From contig NW_026782196.1 in the NCBI RefSeq assembly GCF_031769215.1, forward strand, positions 682,001-746,000: a DNA stretch of 64,000 bases, given 5' to 3'. Position 1 is the stretch's first letter. Each line of letters begins with the position of its first letter. The notes below the pieces were generated by a model that worked only from the letters and a program-made list of their open reading frames with translations, made no database searches and was not told where the DNA came from. Shown here in pieces: positions 61,601-64,000 of the stretch. This stretch comes from Ylistrum balloti (taxonomy: Eukaryota). The position numbers and the translations under genes are program-made.

Positions 61601-63253
61601 AGAATATAATCTTACTGATTGCCAGGTGATACTGAGGGGAGTTTAAAACAACTGATATAATGCCGAATACAGGATTACTATTTGATGAAAGAATGAACAA
61701 TATCATAATTGTCAAACAAAAACATCACTTCATATTGTGACAGAAATACATGCATTTAAAATCATACGCTATCAGTAGACATTCCTGTTAAATATTGAGT
61801 TGGCTTATTAACAGGTTATGGAGGCATGTGAGTGATGCAGTGGTCGTAGCAGACATGGTAAATGCCACCCAAGAGAAATATCTACTGGAGGAACGGCAGA
61901 GGAAGGAGGCACGCGAACGAAAGGCAAAGATGGAAGAATGGATGCCTCGTTTATTTGAAAGAGATCTTCTGACAGGCGATTGGGTCTACAAGCATTTAGA
62001 GTGAGTGTAACAGATGTCATTATTTTATTGCAATGCTTCAAGCATGATTGGAAACTGGGACATCTGTCTTACTAGTCTTATGCTGAAATCATCGCACTTA
62101 AAGATCTCTCTAGCTGAGCTGTATATTACATCTTGGTATTGACCAGAACCATTGCACTCCCCCTTCTGGAAAGAACTCATCCTCGAGTTTCCAGTGATTA
62201 CAGTGATGTCTATGAGGCATGGCCAAGTATTATTCCTGATTCCTGATGGGTGCCAAGGTAACAGAGGTATTCTTTATTTCAAAACCTCTGCTAGGATTTG
62301 AACTGGGGACCTCTGGCTTGCTAATCTTACGCTCTACTTAGCAATATGCAACAGCTAGATATTTACATAAGTTTTATTAATTTATTGATTTCTGAAATGA
62401 AATTGACATTTTCTGACCTAAACATGTGATATAAAAGTGGACAGATATATTCCACATGGCACTACAGTGGTGGTCGTATATTGTAGTATGAGGCCGTGGG
62501 ATCCCAGTAATGATCTGCTGCAGTATGAGTCCAACTACTGTATTCAAACATGGACACGTCACAAGACTCCAGTTGTGCGTACATGTAGCATTGCAAGTCT
62601 GGAGCAGCAACCGGTGGCCACCGGTGGTCGGCTTGCACCCTGTATCCATCGAAGCTCTGTGAAGAGGCTACGTATTGTGGGAGAAGAGAGTGAAAGTTCA
62701 ACGCCAGAGATTGACACTCGACACAACAGCGATTCATCTGACCAAACTAAAGGTAAGCATGCGTTTAAACAAACCTCAGCTGAAGGTGTGGACATAATGA
62801 TCATGTTAAAGGTCAGATCAAATTAAATTCTGATGTAACATTTTTGTAGAATATTCATGGGAATTGATTGCATTTATTGTGTGACTGTATTGCATAAAGT
62901 ATGTGTATATGTGTCCTTGGTGTTGTAAAACCAAACTTTTTCGTATTTGCTTATCATTTCCTTTTTGCAATTGTCAGTCTGTTGATTTCTTTTCAGCTCG
63001 ACGAATCCAGCGCACGGCTTCCAACAACAAGAGCCGTTTATCAGAAGATGCGCTTGTGAAAGCCCTGCAGCCATTGATAGACATGCAAAAAGAGACCAAC
63101 CAATCAGTTCAGCTATTACAAAAGCAAATGTTTTCCTTAAGGAAGGAGAAAGAGGAACCTCAAGGGAACAGTTCACTTGTCCAGAATCGTGATATACTCG
63201 TCGTGCTTGCTGTTGTCCTATGCCAGGTCCTGCTGCAGCTGCTGTGGAAATGA
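43634..63253 (+). CDS. OSBPL8: Oxysterol-binding protein-related protein 8/5 (PH domain + ORD + C-terminal tail anchor), about 840 aa
   Basis: Exons: 43634-43655 (tentative), 50565-50656, 51230-51310, 52662-52850, 53066-53188, 53432-53516, 53867-54052, 54944-55092, 55807-55878, 56453-56565, 57068-57149, 57524-57622, 57893-57989, 59044-59142, 59662-59759, 60589-60714, 60996-61096, 61815-62000, 62487-62752, 62997-63253. Total 2523 nt, in frame. Motifs: KSWTKLWCVLKPG, RPGMDLSKVVLP, KKPYNP.IGE, EQISHHPP, and a hydrophobic C-terminus ILVVLAVVLCQVLLQLLWK. The first two coding exons and a possible 5' UTR exon (about 41265-41327) are less certain. Confidence 0.93.
45375..45810. repeat. 25-bp minisatellite x about 17 (OSBPL8 intron)
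   Basis: Unit ccagcctgtgtggccttatttatct. Confidence 0.95.
47765..48480. repeat. 41-bp minisatellite x about 17 (OSBPL8 intron)
   Basis: Unit aatgtttgggtcctatctctcagacatattgtaaaggaatt. Confidence 0.95.
49185..49470. repeat. 33-bp minisatellite (17+16 bp dimer) x about 8
   Basis: Unit gaggtggactgtttata-gaggtggcctgtcttt. Confidence 0.95.
54290..54830. repeat. 58-bp minisatellite x about 9 (OSBPL8 intron)
   Basis: Unit ggcttattaccagacattggcttactgaagggatagacaacagccttagatatggatg. Confidence 0.95.
58117..58910. mobile_element. Non-autonomous element with palindromic ends (Crypton-like or MITE) in an OSBPL8 intron
   Basis: Long imperfect hairpin at 58135-58259 built around ccgaggg motifs, a second palindrome near 58830-58885, and the inverted pair tttttctcccacc (about 58280) / ggtgggagaaaaa (about 58890). 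CpG-richer than the flanks. Confidence 0.55.
59915..60450. repeat. 32-bp minisatellite x about 16 (OSBPL8 intron)
   Basis: Unit ccttgctcagcaatgttatcagtgtgacagag. Confidence 0.95.
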
Positions 63254-64000
63254 TCTGTTGTTAGAAATGTTTATTTAAAAATATATTTAGCTGTGATTTT
63301 CACTTTTACTAAACCATGTATGATCACAATTATTATTATCGAATGTGCAATAGCGATGATGAGCCTTGTTAACTGATGATTATTGAAACTTGATAGTTCT
63401 AACTACCATGGATAGCATTATATGTGTCTGGTGCAACTTCTTTGGTAAAGAGAGAACTACTCAAGGATGTGATATGGCAATATGTTTATGGCTTTTGGAT
63501 GTGTGGAAAATGTAATATTTGTTTGAAATTAGTGAAATTCGGGAAGAAAAGTGATCTGGAATAGTGTTCGTTAATTTGAAAATCTTACATGATTTTTTGG
63601 CAACAGTATTATACATACTTTGTATACATAATAATAAAAGAGCTCAATTAAGTAGTAATTCTTCAGTATCAAAAAATAATTTTTAACTTGAACATTCTCA
63701 CATTTCAATATTCCTCTTTAATTATTTAAAATTTTGTTTAAAATAATTGATCATTTCATGTCAATATTAGATAATTAGGACAGAAGAAATAGATATTGAC
63801 ATTGGTAAATTTACACTAGCTACTTTCCCCACTGATTTAGATATGTGCTTTTACAAAGTGATTTACAGATAATGAGGAAACCCTCAACCTGACTTTAATA
63901 GTTGAAAGTTGTCTGTGATAATAGGGAATGGCAACATACCAGTTATAACATGTTTGTATAATACTGTTTGCTAAAAAATAATGTATATTGGGGGGCACTT

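Overview
AT-rich, intron-rich eukaryotic DNA. It is probably from an invertebrate animal, and the repeat families suggest a bivalve mollusc (inference). Two conserved housekeeping genes can be spliced completely from the sequence: glycogen branching enzyme GBE1 (+, 15 coding exons, 15636-29954, 687 aa; one GC-AG intron and one U12-type intron) and the oxysterol-binding protein-related gene OSBPL8/ORP8-like (+, about 43634-63253, about 840 aa). The most unusual feature is a pair of tandem, intronless minus-strand paralogs (4425-7229 and 13310-15466). Each fuses a protein kinase with intact catalytic motifs to a C-terminal atypical Nudix-fold domain that resembles, by eye, the NUDT22 (UDP-glucose/UDP-galactose diphosphatase) clade. 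The second paralog starts only 169 bp from the GBE1 start codon, head-to-head. Other content: a candidate small spliced gene on the minus strand (about 34.4-37.7 kb), a 3.3-kb segment bounded by inverted repeats and carrying a decayed SGNH-hydrolase ORF, LINE/Tc1/Harbinger-like/SINE/Helentron-like (HINE)/Crypton-like remnants, and about ten intronic minisatellites. No CRISPR arrays, rRNA or true tRNA genes were seen. All homology calls come from motif recognition and memory, not from database searches.
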